From an uncultured Acidobacteriota bacterium (GTDB lineage: Bacteria; Acidobacteriota; Vicinamibacteria; Fen-336): DNA of 64,000 nt. The DNA is taken from the NCBI GenBank assembly GCA_963720545.1, contig OY970399.1, positions 3,904,001 to 3,968,000 on the forward strand, written 5' to 3'. Below are positions 39,173 through 51,609 of this stretch, in pieces (within the stretch, counting starts at the first letter, position 1; each line of letters starts with the position of its first letter). A program made the position numbers and the translations under genes. Under the pieces are notes generated by a model. That model did no database searches and had not been told where the DNA came from. It saw nothing but the letters and a program-made list of their open reading frames with translations.

Positions 39173-40159
39173 ATGGACACGCTGGTCCTGACGCGGAGCG
39201 ACGTGCAGGCGCTGCTCGATATGGACGCGTGCATCTCCGGTGTCGAGCAGGCGTTCCGGCTCCACGCCGAGGGTCGGAGCCTGGCGCCAGGAGTCCTGGG
39301 CGTTCCTGCACCCCAGGGAGGCTTCCACATCAAGGCCGCCGGTTTGCAGCTCGGCCGGCTGTACTTCGTAGCGAAGACGAACGCGAATTTCCCCGGCAAC
39401 CCGGCCAGGCACGGCCTGCCGGCCATTCAGGGAATCATCGTCCTTTGCGACGCCGACAACGGGTGCGCGCTGGCGGTGATGGACTCGATGGAGGTCACCG
39501 CCAGACGCACTGCCGCAGCCACGGCAGTCGCTGCGAAGCGGCTTGCTCGCGGCGACGCGAGCGTCGTTACCATTTGCGGCTGCGGGCTGCAGGGCCGCGA
39601 GCAGCTCCGTGCGCTCGCCCGTGTTCGATCCATACGGCGTGCCTACGCGTTCGATCTCAACGCCGCTACGGCGGAGGCGTTCGCGCGCGACCTCTCGTCG
39701 GAGCTGGGCTTCGAGGTGGTGGTCGCTCGCGACCTCGCGAGCGCCGTGCGAGGAAGTCACGTGTGCGTCACCTGCACCCCGTCGCGTAAGGCGTTTTTGC
39801 TGGTGGATCATGTGACGCCCGGCACCTTCGTGGCGGCTGTCGGCGCGGACAGCTCCGACAAGCAGGAACTCGATCCGCGGTTGATGGCGAAAGCGCTCGT
39901 TGTCGTGGATGTCCTCGAACAATGCGCTTCGATCGGGGACCTCCATCACGCGCTGGACGCGGGCGCGCTCACCCGGGACACGGTGCATGCGGAGCTGGCG
40001 GACGTCGTGACGGGCCGAAAGTCGGGGCGCCGATCGGACGACGAGATCACGGTGTTCGACTCCACGGGGACGGCGATCGAAGACGTGGCGGCCGCCGCAG
40101 TCGTGTACGAGAGAGCAGTCGCCTCCGGCCGCGGGCACGGCGTGGCCTTCGGGAGCTGA
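39173..40159 (+). CDS. Ornithine cyclodeaminase/mu-crystallin family protein
   Basis: FPGNP..HGLP, TARRTAAATAVAA, GCGLQG, AVGAD...KQELD, ITVFDSTGTAIEDVAAA. Confidence 0.9.
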   Translation: MDTLVLTRSDVQALLDMDACISGVEQAFRLHAEGRSLAPGVLGVPAPQGGFHIKAAGLQLGRLYFVAKTNANFPGNPARHGLPAIQGIIVLCDADNGCALAVMDSMEVTARRTAAATAVAAKRLARGDASVVTICGCGLQGREQLRALARVRSIRRAYAFDLNAATAEAFARDLSSELGFEVVVARDLASAVRGSHVCVTCTPSRKAFLLVDHVTPGTFVAAVGADSSDKQELDPRLMAKALVVVDVLEQCASIGDLHHALDAGALTRDTVHAELADVVTGRKSGRRSDDEITVFDSTGTAIEDVAAAAVVYERAVASGRGHGVAFGS

Positions 40160-40182
40160 GTGCGGAGACGCGGGGCACCGCC

Positions 40183-41358
40183 ATGACCGGACCGACGGCC
40201 ACATCCGCAGAGATTTCTGGTCCCTGCACGATCTCGGAGCTGGTCCGCTATTTCCTCTGGCTCGGCACCACCGGTTTCGGCGGTCCGATCGCTCTCGTGG
40301 GCTTCATGCAGCGCGACCTCGTGGAAAAACGCCGCTGGTTCACGACGCAGGAATACCGCGACGGCCTCGCACTAGCCCAGCTCGCGCCGGGTCCGCTTGC
40401 GGCGCAGCTCGCCATGTACCTCGGATGGGCACGCCGTGGCGCACTCGGGGCGGCCCTGGTGGGTGTTGCCTTCGTTGTCCCGTCGTTCGTCATGGTTCTC
40501 CTACTGGCCGTCGGCTACCTCCGCTTCGGCGGCCTGTCCTGGATGCAAGGCGCGTTCTACGGGATCGGGGCCGCCGTCATCGCCATCATCGCTCGCAGCG
40601 CGGTGAAGCTGACGCGCCTGACCCTGGGGCGTGATTTGCTGCTGTGGAGCCTGTTCGCCGTGGCTGCGGCGGTGACCGCCTGGACGGAATCGGAGGTCGT
40701 CTGGGTGTTCCTCGGTTCGGGAGCGCTCGCGACACTCGTCCGTGGCAAGCCGTTCGCGCGGACCTCGAGTACCGCGCTCGGGATCGCGGTCCTGCCTCCG
40801 TCACTCGTAACCGGCCTGCTGGGACCCTCCAGCACCGAAACCGTGTGGAAGATCGGCTGGTATTTCGCCGAAGCAGGCGCCTTTGTCTTTGGCAGCGGCC
40901 TTGCCATCGTCCCCTTTCTGCACGGGGGCGTCGTGCAGGAGTTCGGCTGGCTCAACGAGCGGCAGTTCCTGGACGCTGTCGCTGTGGCCATGATCACGCC
41001 AGGTCCGGTCGTCATCACCGTGGGCTTCATCGGCTACCTGGTGGCAGGCCCCGCGGGCGCCGTCGTCGCCGCGCTCGGCACGTTCTTGCCCTGTTACGTC
41101 TTCACTGTCCTACCCGCTCCCCATTTCCAACGCTGGTCGCGAAACACGACGGTCCGGGCCTTCGTGGACGGCGTCACGGCCGCGGCGACTGGCGCGATCG
41201 CAGGCGCGGCCCTCGTCCTGGGACGTCGAGCCGTCGTCGACCTGCCGACCTTCGTGATCGCCGCGTCGGTCCTGGGCGTGGCCTGGCGCTGGCGGAAGGC
41301 CCCGGAGCCGGTCTTGATTCTTGCCGCCGGGCTCGTGGGCGTGATGCTTCGGGGCTGA
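40183..41358 (+). CDS. chrA: Long-chain chromate efflux transporter
   Basis: LGTTGFGGP, LAQLAPGPLAAQ, FVFGSGLAIVP, FLDAVAVAMITPGPVVI. Confidence 0.94.
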   Translation: MTGPTATSAEISGPCTISELVRYFLWLGTTGFGGPIALVGFMQRDLVEKRRWFTTQEYRDGLALAQLAPGPLAAQLAMYLGWARRGALGAALVGVAFVVPSFVMVLLLAVGYLRFGGLSWMQGAFYGIGAAVIAIIARSAVKLTRLTLGRDLLLWSLFAVAAAVTAWTESEVVWVFLGSGALATLVRGKPFARTSSTALGIAVLPPSLVTGLLGPSSTETVWKIGWYFAEAGAFVFGSGLAIVPFLHGGVVQEFGWLNERQFLDAVAVAMITPGPVVITVGFIGYLVAGPAGAVVAALGTFLPCYVFTVLPAPHFQRWSRNTTVRAFVDGVTAAATGAIAGAALVLGRRAVVDLPTFVIAASVLGVAWRWRKAPEPVLILAAGLVGVMLRG

Positions 41359-41370
41359 GGTAGCCCGCGA

Positions 41371-43284
<1,914 letters not shown>

Positions 43285-43289
43285 GCGCG

Positions 43290-43982
43290 TCAGCGCCCGC
43301 CGCCGTGCTGCGGCGCGCCGGCGATCTCCGAAACCGGCGGCGCTTTTATGTATCCCGTCAGGACCGCGATGGGAAACGAGATGTTTCCTGCCACCACCAC
43401 GGCCGTGATGATGCTGGCGGCTGCGCGGCGCAGCGGGTCGTAGCGCGGATGGCTGATGCCGAGCGTCTGCATCAGGCTCCAGATGCCGTGGTACATGTGC
43501 AGGCCGAGCGCCAGCATCGAGAGGATGTAGACGATGGAAATCGGCAGCGAGCGGAAGGCGTCGACGAAGTTGTGGGTGATGGCGCCTTCGACGAACGTCG
43601 GGTGCACCGTGCCGAAGGTGAAGTGCAGCAGGTGATAGAAGATGAACAGCAGCAGCCAGACGCCGGTGAGGCGCATGGTGCGCGAGGCGTAGCTGGACGC
43701 GATCGCCTGCGTGCGGTCGTAGCCGACCGGCCGGGCGCTCCAGTCGGTGCGAGTGATCGACCAGGCCGCCCAGACGTGCGCGACGACAGCAACCAGCAGG
43801 CCGAGCCGCGCTGTCCACAGAAGCGCCGGGAGACGGCGCAGCGCCGCGCCATACTCGTCGAGCTTCGTGGGACCGAAGTACACCTGCAGGTTGCCGGCCA
43901 TGTGCGCGACGACGAAACCGACTATGGCGATGCCGCTCACCGCCATCACGACCTTGCGGCCGATAGTCGAGTTCATTTGCAC
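43290..43982 (-). CDS. sdhC: Succinate dehydrogenase cytochrome b subunit
   Basis: [11 protein letters not shown]...[24 protein letters not shown]; five TM helices; upstream of sdhA. Confidence 0.93.
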   Translation of the reverse strand: MQMNSTIGRKVVMAVSGIAIVGFVVAHMAGNLQVYFGPTKLDEYGAALRRLPALLWTARLGLLVAVVAHVWAAWSITRTDWSARPVGYDRTQAIASSYASRTMRLTGVWLLLFIFYHLLHFTFGTVHPTFVEGAITHNFVDAFRSLPISIVYILSMLALGLHMYHGIWSLMQTLGISHPRYDPLRRAAASIITAVVVAGNISFPIAVLTGYIKAPPVSEIAGAPQHGGGR

Positions 43983-43987
43983 TTATT

Positions 43988-45454
43988 TTAGCCGACGGCG
44001 GGCACGTCGAGTGGGGCGTCGAGCGGAGTCGGGCCGGGCGTCGCCGCCGCGGCCGGCAGCACGTCCTTGTCCTTCGGCCGCCGGTCGCCGCGGTAGAGGA
44101 TGCGCAGCAGCAGGCTCTGGAAGGTCGGCTCGTTGTAGAAACCGTGATGGTCGCTGGCGCCGAAGAAGGCGTGCTCCATTTCGGGAATGCCGCTCTCTTC
44201 CAGGCCGCGCGCCCGGGTGGCGAGGTGCGCCGCCAGCGTGCTGGCGCGCGTCACGCGTCCGTCGCCCGCCTCGAACATCAGCCGCGATTCGATGCGGGTG
44301 CGCGGGGCGAACAGGGGTGACGCGCCGCGGCGGTCGGGCACCACCACCCGGCCGAGTGTCGGCAGGCAGTCGCCGGCGAGCGAATAGACGTGAGCCGGGC
44401 AGTCTTCCTCCGGATCGCGCGCGAGGCCGCGGTGGAACTGTGCGGCGCGTTCCAGCGCAGCATTCAGGAACGCCTCGCGCAACTCACGCTGGGCATCGAC
44501 GTGGCGCAGCGCCAGGCCGTCGGGCCGCGGGTTGAACGGCCCCCAGCCGAAGCGCTTCCAGGTGCCGATGTCCATGAGGTCGGCATCGAGCGGCTCGCCG
44601 CGATGGTCGATGAGCGCGCTGACACCGTGCGGCGGCAACAGCATGTAGGTGGCCGGGCAGCCGGCGACGACGTGCGCCGCCATGGTCGCCGAGGACAGGC
44701 CGATGCGGCTGCCGTTGAGGATGGCGTCGAGCGACGGGATGCTGCCGCCGTTGGGCGTGCCGACGAGCAGCAGGCTCGAGATGCGCCGCGCGCCCGCCCA
44801 GGTGACCGGCGGGTTGCTTGCCGGATCCACACTGCCGTAGCGCAGGTAATAGCGCGCGACCAGGCCGCCCATGCTCTGGCCAATGACGTTGAAGCGCGCC
44901 GCCGCATCGCCGCGCTTGTCGGCCAGCTCGTCGAGCCGCGCTTCGAGCTGCACCACCGCCTCGTGCAGGTCGCGCCGCCAGTCGTAGGTGAAGACGTGGT
45001 ACGACGGCCCGTGGTCGCCGCGCACCGGGTCGCGCACGAAGCCGGCGCGGTCGAGCAGCTCGAGCAGGTCGGAGTATTCGTTGAAGCCGAAAAGCCGCGG
45101 CAGCAGGGTGTCTACGCCCAGCAGGCCGCCCGGACGCAGCTCGTCGCGGCTGTCGCCAAGCGGCAGGCGCAGCGGCAGGCTCAGGTCGTGGGAGCCGAAG
45201 GCCGAACCCATGTTGAGCCAGGCGATGGTGCCATCGGGCCGCACCAGCTCGCTGCCGCAGACGCCCGGCACCACCACCACCGGCGGCAGGTCCTTTTCCT
45301 GGGGCCGGCGAGCGATCAGGAACGGGTCGACGCCCTCCGGGGCATCGTGGATGGCGCGGAAGATGACGGTCGCGACCGCACCGAGCGCGGCACCCAGCAA
45401 AAGCGGGCCCATCACGGGCCGCTTCGCCGGCGTTTGCGGGTCGCTTGCTGCCAT
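43988..45454 (-). CDS. Membrane-anchored LCAT/PGAP1-like lipase or acyltransferase
   Basis: [22 protein letters not shown] nucleophile elbow, GTPNGGS, GDGRV. Confidence 0.8.
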   Translation of the reverse strand: MAASDPQTPAKRPVMGPLLLGAALGAVATVIFRAIHDAPEGVDPFLIARRPQEKDLPPVVVVPGVCGSELVRPDGTIAWLNMGSAFGSHDLSLPLRLPLGDSRDELRPGGLLGVDTLLPRLFGFNEYSDLLELLDRAGFVRDPVRGDHGPSYHVFTYDWRRDLHEAVVQLEARLDELADKRGDAAARFNVIGQSMGGLVARYYLRYGSVDPASNPPVTWAGARRISSLLLVGTPNGGSIPSLDAILNGSRIGLSSATMAAHVVAGCPATYMLLPPHGVSALIDHRGEPLDADLMDIGTWKRFGWGPFNPRPDGLALRHVDAQRELREAFLNAALERAAQFHRGLARDPEEDCPAHVYSLAGDCLPTLGRVVVPDRRGASPLFAPRTRIESRLMFEAGDGRVTRASTLAAHLATRARGLEESGIPEMEHAFFGASDHHGFYNEPTFQSLLLRILYRGDRRPKDKDVLPAAAATPGPTPLDAPLDVPAVG

Positions 45455-45563
45455 ATTGCATGCTAACCCGCGCCTGGCGTTCGCGTTGACTCGCGCCGGA
45501 GCGGCTTCTATCATCACTGTTTCCAATCGAAGCCGAATTCGTCCAATCACTTAAGGAGTCCTG

Positions 45564-46280
45564 ATGCTGAGTACGAAGAACGTCCTTGCCTGCGCCGCGG
45601 TGGCCCTTTTCACCGTGTCGTGCGCCGACAAGGGCAAGCCGGCCGCCACGGCCTCGCCGGCGGGAGCCCAGGGAGCTGGAATGAGCGAAGAGCAGAAGAC
45701 CCTCTATGCCCTCGGCGTCATCGTGGGGCGCAACGTCGCGCCGTTCCACCTCACGCCGGAGGAAGTCAACGCAGTCGAGCGGGGCATGAAGGACGCGATC
45801 GCCGGCAAGACTCCGGAAGTCGACATGGAAAGCTTCGGCCCGAAGGTGCAGGAGTTCGCGCGCTCGCGCCAGATGGCGTCGGTGCAGGTCGAGAAGGACA
45901 AGGGCAAGTCGTACGCCGAGACCGCGAGCAAGGAAGCCGGTGCGCAGGTGCTGCCGTCGGGCGTCGTCTACAAGACGATGACCCCGGGCAGCGGTGATCA
46001 CCCGGGGGCCACGTCCACGGTGCGCGTGCACTACACGGGCAAGTTGATCGACGGCAAGGTCTTCGACAGCTCCGTGCAACGCGGCCAGCCCGCCGAGTTC
46101 GCACTGAACGCCGTGGTGAAGTGCTGGGGCGAGGGCGTGCAGAAGATGCAGGTTGGCGAGAAGGCGCAGCTCGTCTGCCCGTCTGACACTGCGTACGGCG
46201 ACAGCGGTCCGGGTCCGCAGATCCCCGGCGGCGCCACGCTCGTGTTCGATGTGGAACTGCTCGCCATCGTCAAGAAGTAG
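45564..46280 (+). CDS. FKBP-type peptidyl-prolyl isomerase (FkpA/Mip-like lipoprotein)
   Basis: Lipobox-like TVSC; YALG; VHYTGKLIDGKVFDSS, IPGGATLVFDVELL. Confidence 0.93.
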   Translation: MLSTKNVLACAAVALFTVSCADKGKPAATASPAGAQGAGMSEEQKTLYALGVIVGRNVAPFHLTPEEVNAVERGMKDAIAGKTPEVDMESFGPKVQEFARSRQMASVQVEKDKGKSYAETASKEAGAQVLPSGVVYKTMTPGSGDHPGATSTVRVHYTGKLIDGKVFDSSVQRGQPAEFALNAVVKCWGEGVQKMQVGEKAQLVCPSDTAYGDSGPGPQIPGGATLVFDVELLAIVKK

Positions 46281-46292
46281 CCACAGCACCCC

Positions 46293-47468
46293 GTGAACAT
46301 CCACGAATACCAGGCGAAGCAGGTCCTGGCGTCTTTCGGCGTGCCCACACCCAAGGGCACGCCGGTGCGCACCCCCGAGGAAGCGGCGCAGGCGGCGCAG
46401 GGCCTGGGGCTGCCGGTGGTGGTGAAGGCGCAGATCCACGCGGGCGGCCGCGGCAAGGCCGGCGGCGTCAAGCTCGCGAAGACCGGCGCCGAAGTGTTCG
46501 AGATCGCGAAAGGCATGCTGGGGACAACCCTGCGCACGCACCAGACCGGTCCCGACGGCCGCCTGGTGCGCTGCCTGCTGATCGAACAGGGCATGAACCT
46601 GAGCGGCGCGAAACAGATGTATTTCGCCGTGGTCGTCGACCGCGCTTCCGGCAGCCCGGTGGTGATGGCTTCGGCGGAGGGCGGCGTCGACATCGAGGAA
46701 GTCGCGGCCAGCAACCCGAAGGCGATCCTGCGCGAGGTGGTGCACCCGGCTGCCGGATTCCGTCCCTACCAGGCGCGCCGGCTCGCCATGGGCATCGGCA
46801 TCCCCGCGGCGTCGATAGCGAAGGTGGTCGCCTTCATGCAGTCGATCTACCGCGCGTTCGAGGGCACCGACGCTTCGCTGCTCGAGATCAACCCGATGCT
46901 GATCACGGCGGGCGGCGACCCGATCGCCCTCGACGCCAAGATCAACTTCGACGACAACGCGCTCTTCCGCCATCCCGAGATCGCCGCCATGCGCGACCTC
47001 GACGAAGAGATCGCCGCTCGAGGTGGAGGCGTCGAAGTACAGCCTCAACTACATCAAGCTCGACGGCGGCAACGTCGGCTGCATGGTGAACGGCGCCGGC
47101 CTGGCGATGGCGACCATGGACATCATCAAGCTGGCCGGCGGCGCGCCGGCCAACTTCCTCGACGTCGGCGGCGGCGCCAACGCCGAGCAGATCCGCAGCG
47201 CCTTCCGCATCCTGATGGCCGACGGCGACGTCAAGGCGGTGCTCATCAACATCTTCGGCGGCATCCTGCGCTGCGACGTGCTCGCCGAAGGCGTGATCGC
47301 CGCGGTGCGCGACCTCAACGTGAAGATGCCGGTGGTGGTGCGCATGAAGGGCAACAACGAGGAGAAGGGCAAGCAGATGCTGCGCTCGTCGGGGCTCAAC
47401 TTCACGCCGGCGGACGACATGAAGGAAGCGGCGAAGCGCGTGGTGACGCTGGCCGCGGCGGCGGCGAA

Positions 47469-47472
<4 letters not shown>
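46293..47472 (+). CDS. sucC: Succinyl-CoA synthetase beta subunit (+1 frameshift near 47010)
   Basis: [43 protein letters not shown]; second frame [25 protein letters not shown]. Confidence 0.95.
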
Positions 47473-48350
<878 letters not shown>

Positions 48351-48359
48351 GACGAGAAC

Positions 48360-48776
48360 TTGAGCGAGAGAACGTTTTCCATCATCAAGCCGGACGCGGT
48401 CAAGGCCGGCAACGCCGGCAACATCCTGGCGCGCCTCGAGAAGTCCGGCTTCCGCGTCGTCGGCCTGCGGCTGCGGCACCTGACGCTGCGCGAGGCCGAG
48501 GGCTTCTACCACGTCCACAAGGCGCGACCGTTCTTCGCCAGCCTGTGCTCGTTCATGTCGTCGGGACCGTGCATCACGATGGTGCTCGAGGGCGACGGCG
48601 CGATCGCGAAGCTGCGCGAGCTGATGGGCGCGACCGACCCGGCCAAGGCGGCCGCCGGCACCATTCGCAAGGATTTCGCCGGGTCGATCGAGGCCAACGC
48701 CATCCACGGCTCGGACGCGCCGGAGACCGCCAGCTTCGAGATCGGCTACTTCTTTGCGGGCATCGAATTCTCGTAG
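48360..48776 (+). CDS. ndk: Nucleoside diphosphate kinase
   Basis: [28 protein letters not shown]. Confidence 0.97.
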   Translation: MSERTFSIIKPDAVKAGNAGNILARLEKSGFRVVGLRLRHLTLREAEGFYHVHKARPFFASLCSFMSSGPCITMVLEGDGAIAKLRELMGATDPAKAAAGTIRKDFAGSIEANAIHGSDAPETASFEIGYFFAGIEFS

Positions 48777-48815
48777 AGACCCTTCAGTAACGGCTGCCCT
48801 TCAATCGGGGAAACC

Positions 48816-49370
48816 ATGAGCGTCAAGTCCGACCGCTGGATCCGCAGGATGTCCCTCGAGCACCGGATGATCGAGCCGTTCACCGAGAAGCAGATGCGCG
48901 AAGGCGTGATCTCGTACGGCCTGTCGTCCTACGGTTACGACATCCGCATCGCCGACGAGTTCAAGATCTTCACCAACATCAACTCGTCGGTGGTCGACCC
49001 CAAGAACTTCGACCCGAACGCGTTCGTCGACTTCAAGGGCCCGACCTGCACCATTCCGCCCAACTCGTTCGCGCTCGCGAAGACGGTGGAGTACTTCCGC
49101 ATCCCGCGCAGCGTCATCACCGTTTGTGTGGGCAAATCCACGTATGCGCGCTGCGGGATCATCGTCAACGTCACGCCGTTCGAGCCCGAGTGGGAAGGCA
49201 TCGTCACCCTCGAGGTGTCGAACACGACGCCGCTGCCGGCGAAGATCTACGCCGGCGAAGGCATTGCACAGGTGCTGTTCTTCGAGAGCGACGAGGTCTG
49301 CGAGACGTCTTACGCCGACAAGAAGGGCAAGTACCAGGCGCAGACCGACCTGACGCTGCCGCGCCTCTAG
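48816..49370 (+). CDS. dcd: dCTP deaminase
   Basis: [38 protein letters not shown]. Confidence 0.96.
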   Translation: MSVKSDRWIRRMSLEHRMIEPFTEKQMREGVISYGLSSYGYDIRIADEFKIFTNINSSVVDPKNFDPNAFVDFKGPTCTIPPNSFALAKTVEYFRIPRSVITVCVGKSTYARCGIIVNVTPFEPEWEGIVTLEVSNTTPLPAKIYAGEGIAQVLFFESDEVCETSYADKKGKYQAQTDLTLPRL

Positions 49371-49879
49371 CCGATCGACGCTGCCTTGCCGGCCAGCCAC
49401 TGGATGCCGGCGAGGTGCTGCTGGTCGTGGCTGCGCAGGTAGTGAACGAGCCCGCGCAGGCTGAGGCGCCCGTACTCGGCGAACACGCCGGTGCGCGCGA
49501 GCTGTTCCGTCGTCACCGCGCGCAACCGCGCCACGGTCTGGGCGCGCACCGCGCCGAACGCCGCGAGTGCCTCGTTGAGATCGGCGTCGGCATAGCCGCG
49601 CTCGCGCGCCATCTCGTCGCCGTTCAGCGACTCGAGAGAGGGTTCGGTCTCTTCCAGCATCCGCCGGATGCGCACGTGGTAACCATCGCTTTCGATGTCG
49701 CGCAGGTGGCAGACGTGTTCGATCGCGCTGAACGTCTCACCGGGTGAACCGCCGCGCGTTTCCGGCAGCCAGCGCAGCTGCGCCTCCGGCACGGCGCGCA
49801 CCGCTCGCACCAGCTCCTCGGGCATCTGCTCCAGTTCCGCGAGCAGTTGCGTCCAGCGTCCATAAGCCGATGGTTTCAT
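49367..49879 (-). CDS. DinB-family protein
   Basis: [14 protein letters not shown]...HDQQHL metal-binding histidines. Confidence 0.85.
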   Translation of the reverse strand: MKPSAYGRWTQLLAELEQMPEELVRAVRAVPEAQLRWLPETRGGSPGETFSAIEHVCHLRDIESDGYHVRIRRMLEETEPSLESLNGDEMARERGYADADLNEALAAFGAVRAQTVARLRAVTTEQLARTGVFAEYGRLSLRGLVHYLRSHDQQHLAGIQWLAGKAASIG

Positions 49880-49915
49880 GTCAAGGCCTTCCCGGCGACG
49901 ATTCTAGGCTCGAGC

Positions 49916-51187
49916 TCACGCGCGCGCGGCATCGAGCGCCAGCTTGCGCGCGAGGCCTTCGCGGCCGTCGTAGCGGAAGAAGCGCGGCAGCAGCGCGGTG
50001 AGGATCACCGAGCCCGCGATGCACATGATGCCGCCGGAAACCACCGAGGTTCGCAGGCCGTAGAGGCTTGCGACCAACCCGGCTTCGGCATTGCCCAGGT
50101 ACGGGCCGGTGAGGTAGCTGATCATCTCGATGCCGGCGAGGCGGCCGCGCAGGTGATCGGGAATCGTCTGGTTCCAGATGGTCAGGCGAAACAGGCCGCT
50201 GACATTGTCGGCGGCGCCGGCAAACGCGAGACACCCGAGCGCCAGCCACAGGTTGGTCGCCAGCCCGAAGCCGACGATGCCGAGGCCCCAGACGGCGGCG
50301 GCGATCGACACCGCCAGGCCATGCCGGTGCACACGGGTCACCCAGCCCGAGGTGAGGCTGACGACGAGCGTGCCCAGGGCGGGCATCGAGTAGAAGAGGC
50401 CCACCGAAGCATTGCCGAAGCTCGCGGCGATGGCGGGGAAGAGCGCCATCGGCATGCCGAAGAACATCGCGTTCAGGTCGATGAGGTAGGTGCCGAGCAG
50501 TTCCTGGCGGCTGCGCGCATAGCGCCAGCCTTCGAGCACCGACCGCAGGTCGGGCCGCTCGCCTTCCGCCTGCTTTGGGTTCGGCACAGGCCGCAGCGCG
50601 AGCAGTGCCACGATCGAGACGACGAACGTGGCACCGTCGATCGCGAAGGCGACCGCCGTGCCGAAGGCGGCGGCAATGATGCCGGCGAGAGCCGGCCCGA
50701 CAATGAAGTTGAAGCTGTAGCGAAAGCTCTGCAGTGCCGCGACCGACGGGATCAGTTCCGGCGCCACGAGCCGCGGCGTCAGCGCCTCGATCGCGGGCCG
50801 GTGCAGCCCATTCAGCAGCGCAAAGGCCGCGGCCACGGCGAACAGCACCCAGACGCGCGGCGCGCCGAGCATCGCATTCGCGGCCAGCACCGCGCAGCAC
50901 AGCGCGAGCGCCGTTTCAGACCCCACGATCATACGCCGCCGGTCCACGTGGTCGGCGAGCGCACCGCCGACGATCGCGCCGATGAACATCGGCACGAACT
51001 CGGCGAGCCCGAGCAGGCCGACGGCGAGCGACGACTTCGTCAGCTGGTACATCTGCAACGGCAGTACCACGTAGCTGATGGCGGTGCCGAACATCGAGAC
51101 GAACTGTCCCGTGTACAGCAGGCGATAGTCGCGCGACGCGCGCAGCGGCGTAATGTCCACGGCGAGCGCGCTCCAGAAGGGTTTCAT
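49916..51187 (-). CDS. MFS transporter (EntS-like/DHA3)
   Basis: DITPLR...DYRLLY, GGALADHVDRRR, TIPDHLRGR; twelve hydrophobic segments. Confidence 0.9.
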   Translation of the reverse strand: MKPFWSALAVDITPLRASRDYRLLYTGQFVSMFGTAISYVVLPLQMYQLTKSSLAVGLLGLAEFVPMFIGAIVGGALADHVDRRRMIVGSETALALCCAVLAANAMLGAPRVWVLFAVAAAFALLNGLHRPAIEALTPRLVAPELIPSVAALQSFRYSFNFIVGPALAGIIAAAFGTAVAFAIDGATFVVSIVALLALRPVPNPKQAEGERPDLRSVLEGWRYARSRQELLGTYLIDLNAMFFGMPMALFPAIAASFGNASVGLFYSMPALGTLVVSLTSGWVTRVHRHGLAVSIAAAVWGLGIVGFGLATNLWLALGCLAFAGAADNVSGLFRLTIWNQTIPDHLRGRLAGIEMISYLTGPYLGNAEAGLVASLYGLRTSVVSGGIMCIAGSVILTALLPRFFRYDGREGLARKLALDAARA

Positions 51188-51296
51188 GGCAGCGCGGGAT
51201 TCTTGCAGGAATCCGGGGAGATTCAATGCGTTGTTCAACACATGTTGCAAGGCGGTGCGCGTTGGCTAAGCTGCATGGAATCCGCGCGGAGGCGTC

Positions 51297-51599
51297 ATGC
51301 ATCGATCGATTGGTTTCGTCCTGCTGGTAGCGCTCAACGTCACCTCGGGCGCTGTGTCGGCACACTCCGCGGAGCCGCCGCCCCCCGCGCCGCTGCGCGC
51401 CGCTGTCGCAGCGGCAGCGGTGCGCGCCGCGGCCGATCCTCGCGAACAGGAAGCCGCCGCCGCGCAACCGGCTACCGACAGCCGTCCGTTCTTCAAGACC
51501 GGCCGCGGCAAGGCAGTCATCGTCCTGATGGCTGCGATCACCGGTTACGCGGTCTATTCGCGCTACCACGACCGCATCAAGTCGCCGATCAACGAGTAG
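51297..51599 (+). CDS. Small exported protein with C-terminal hydrophobic helix
   Basis: RBS GGAGG, signal peptide, Ala/Pro linker, FFKTGRGKAVIVLMAAITGYAVYS. Confidence 0.65.
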   Translation: MHRSIGFVLLVALNVTSGAVSAHSAEPPPPAPLRAAVAAAAVRAAADPREQEAAAAQPATDSRPFFKTGRGKAVIVLMAAITGYAVYSRYHDRIKSPINE

Positions 51600-51609
51600 G
51601 CAAGGGATC

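Noticed and set aside
51260..51285. Sigma-54 promoter at TTGGCTAAGCTGCA
   Set aside because: The GG-to-GC spacing does not fit the required GG-N10-GC.
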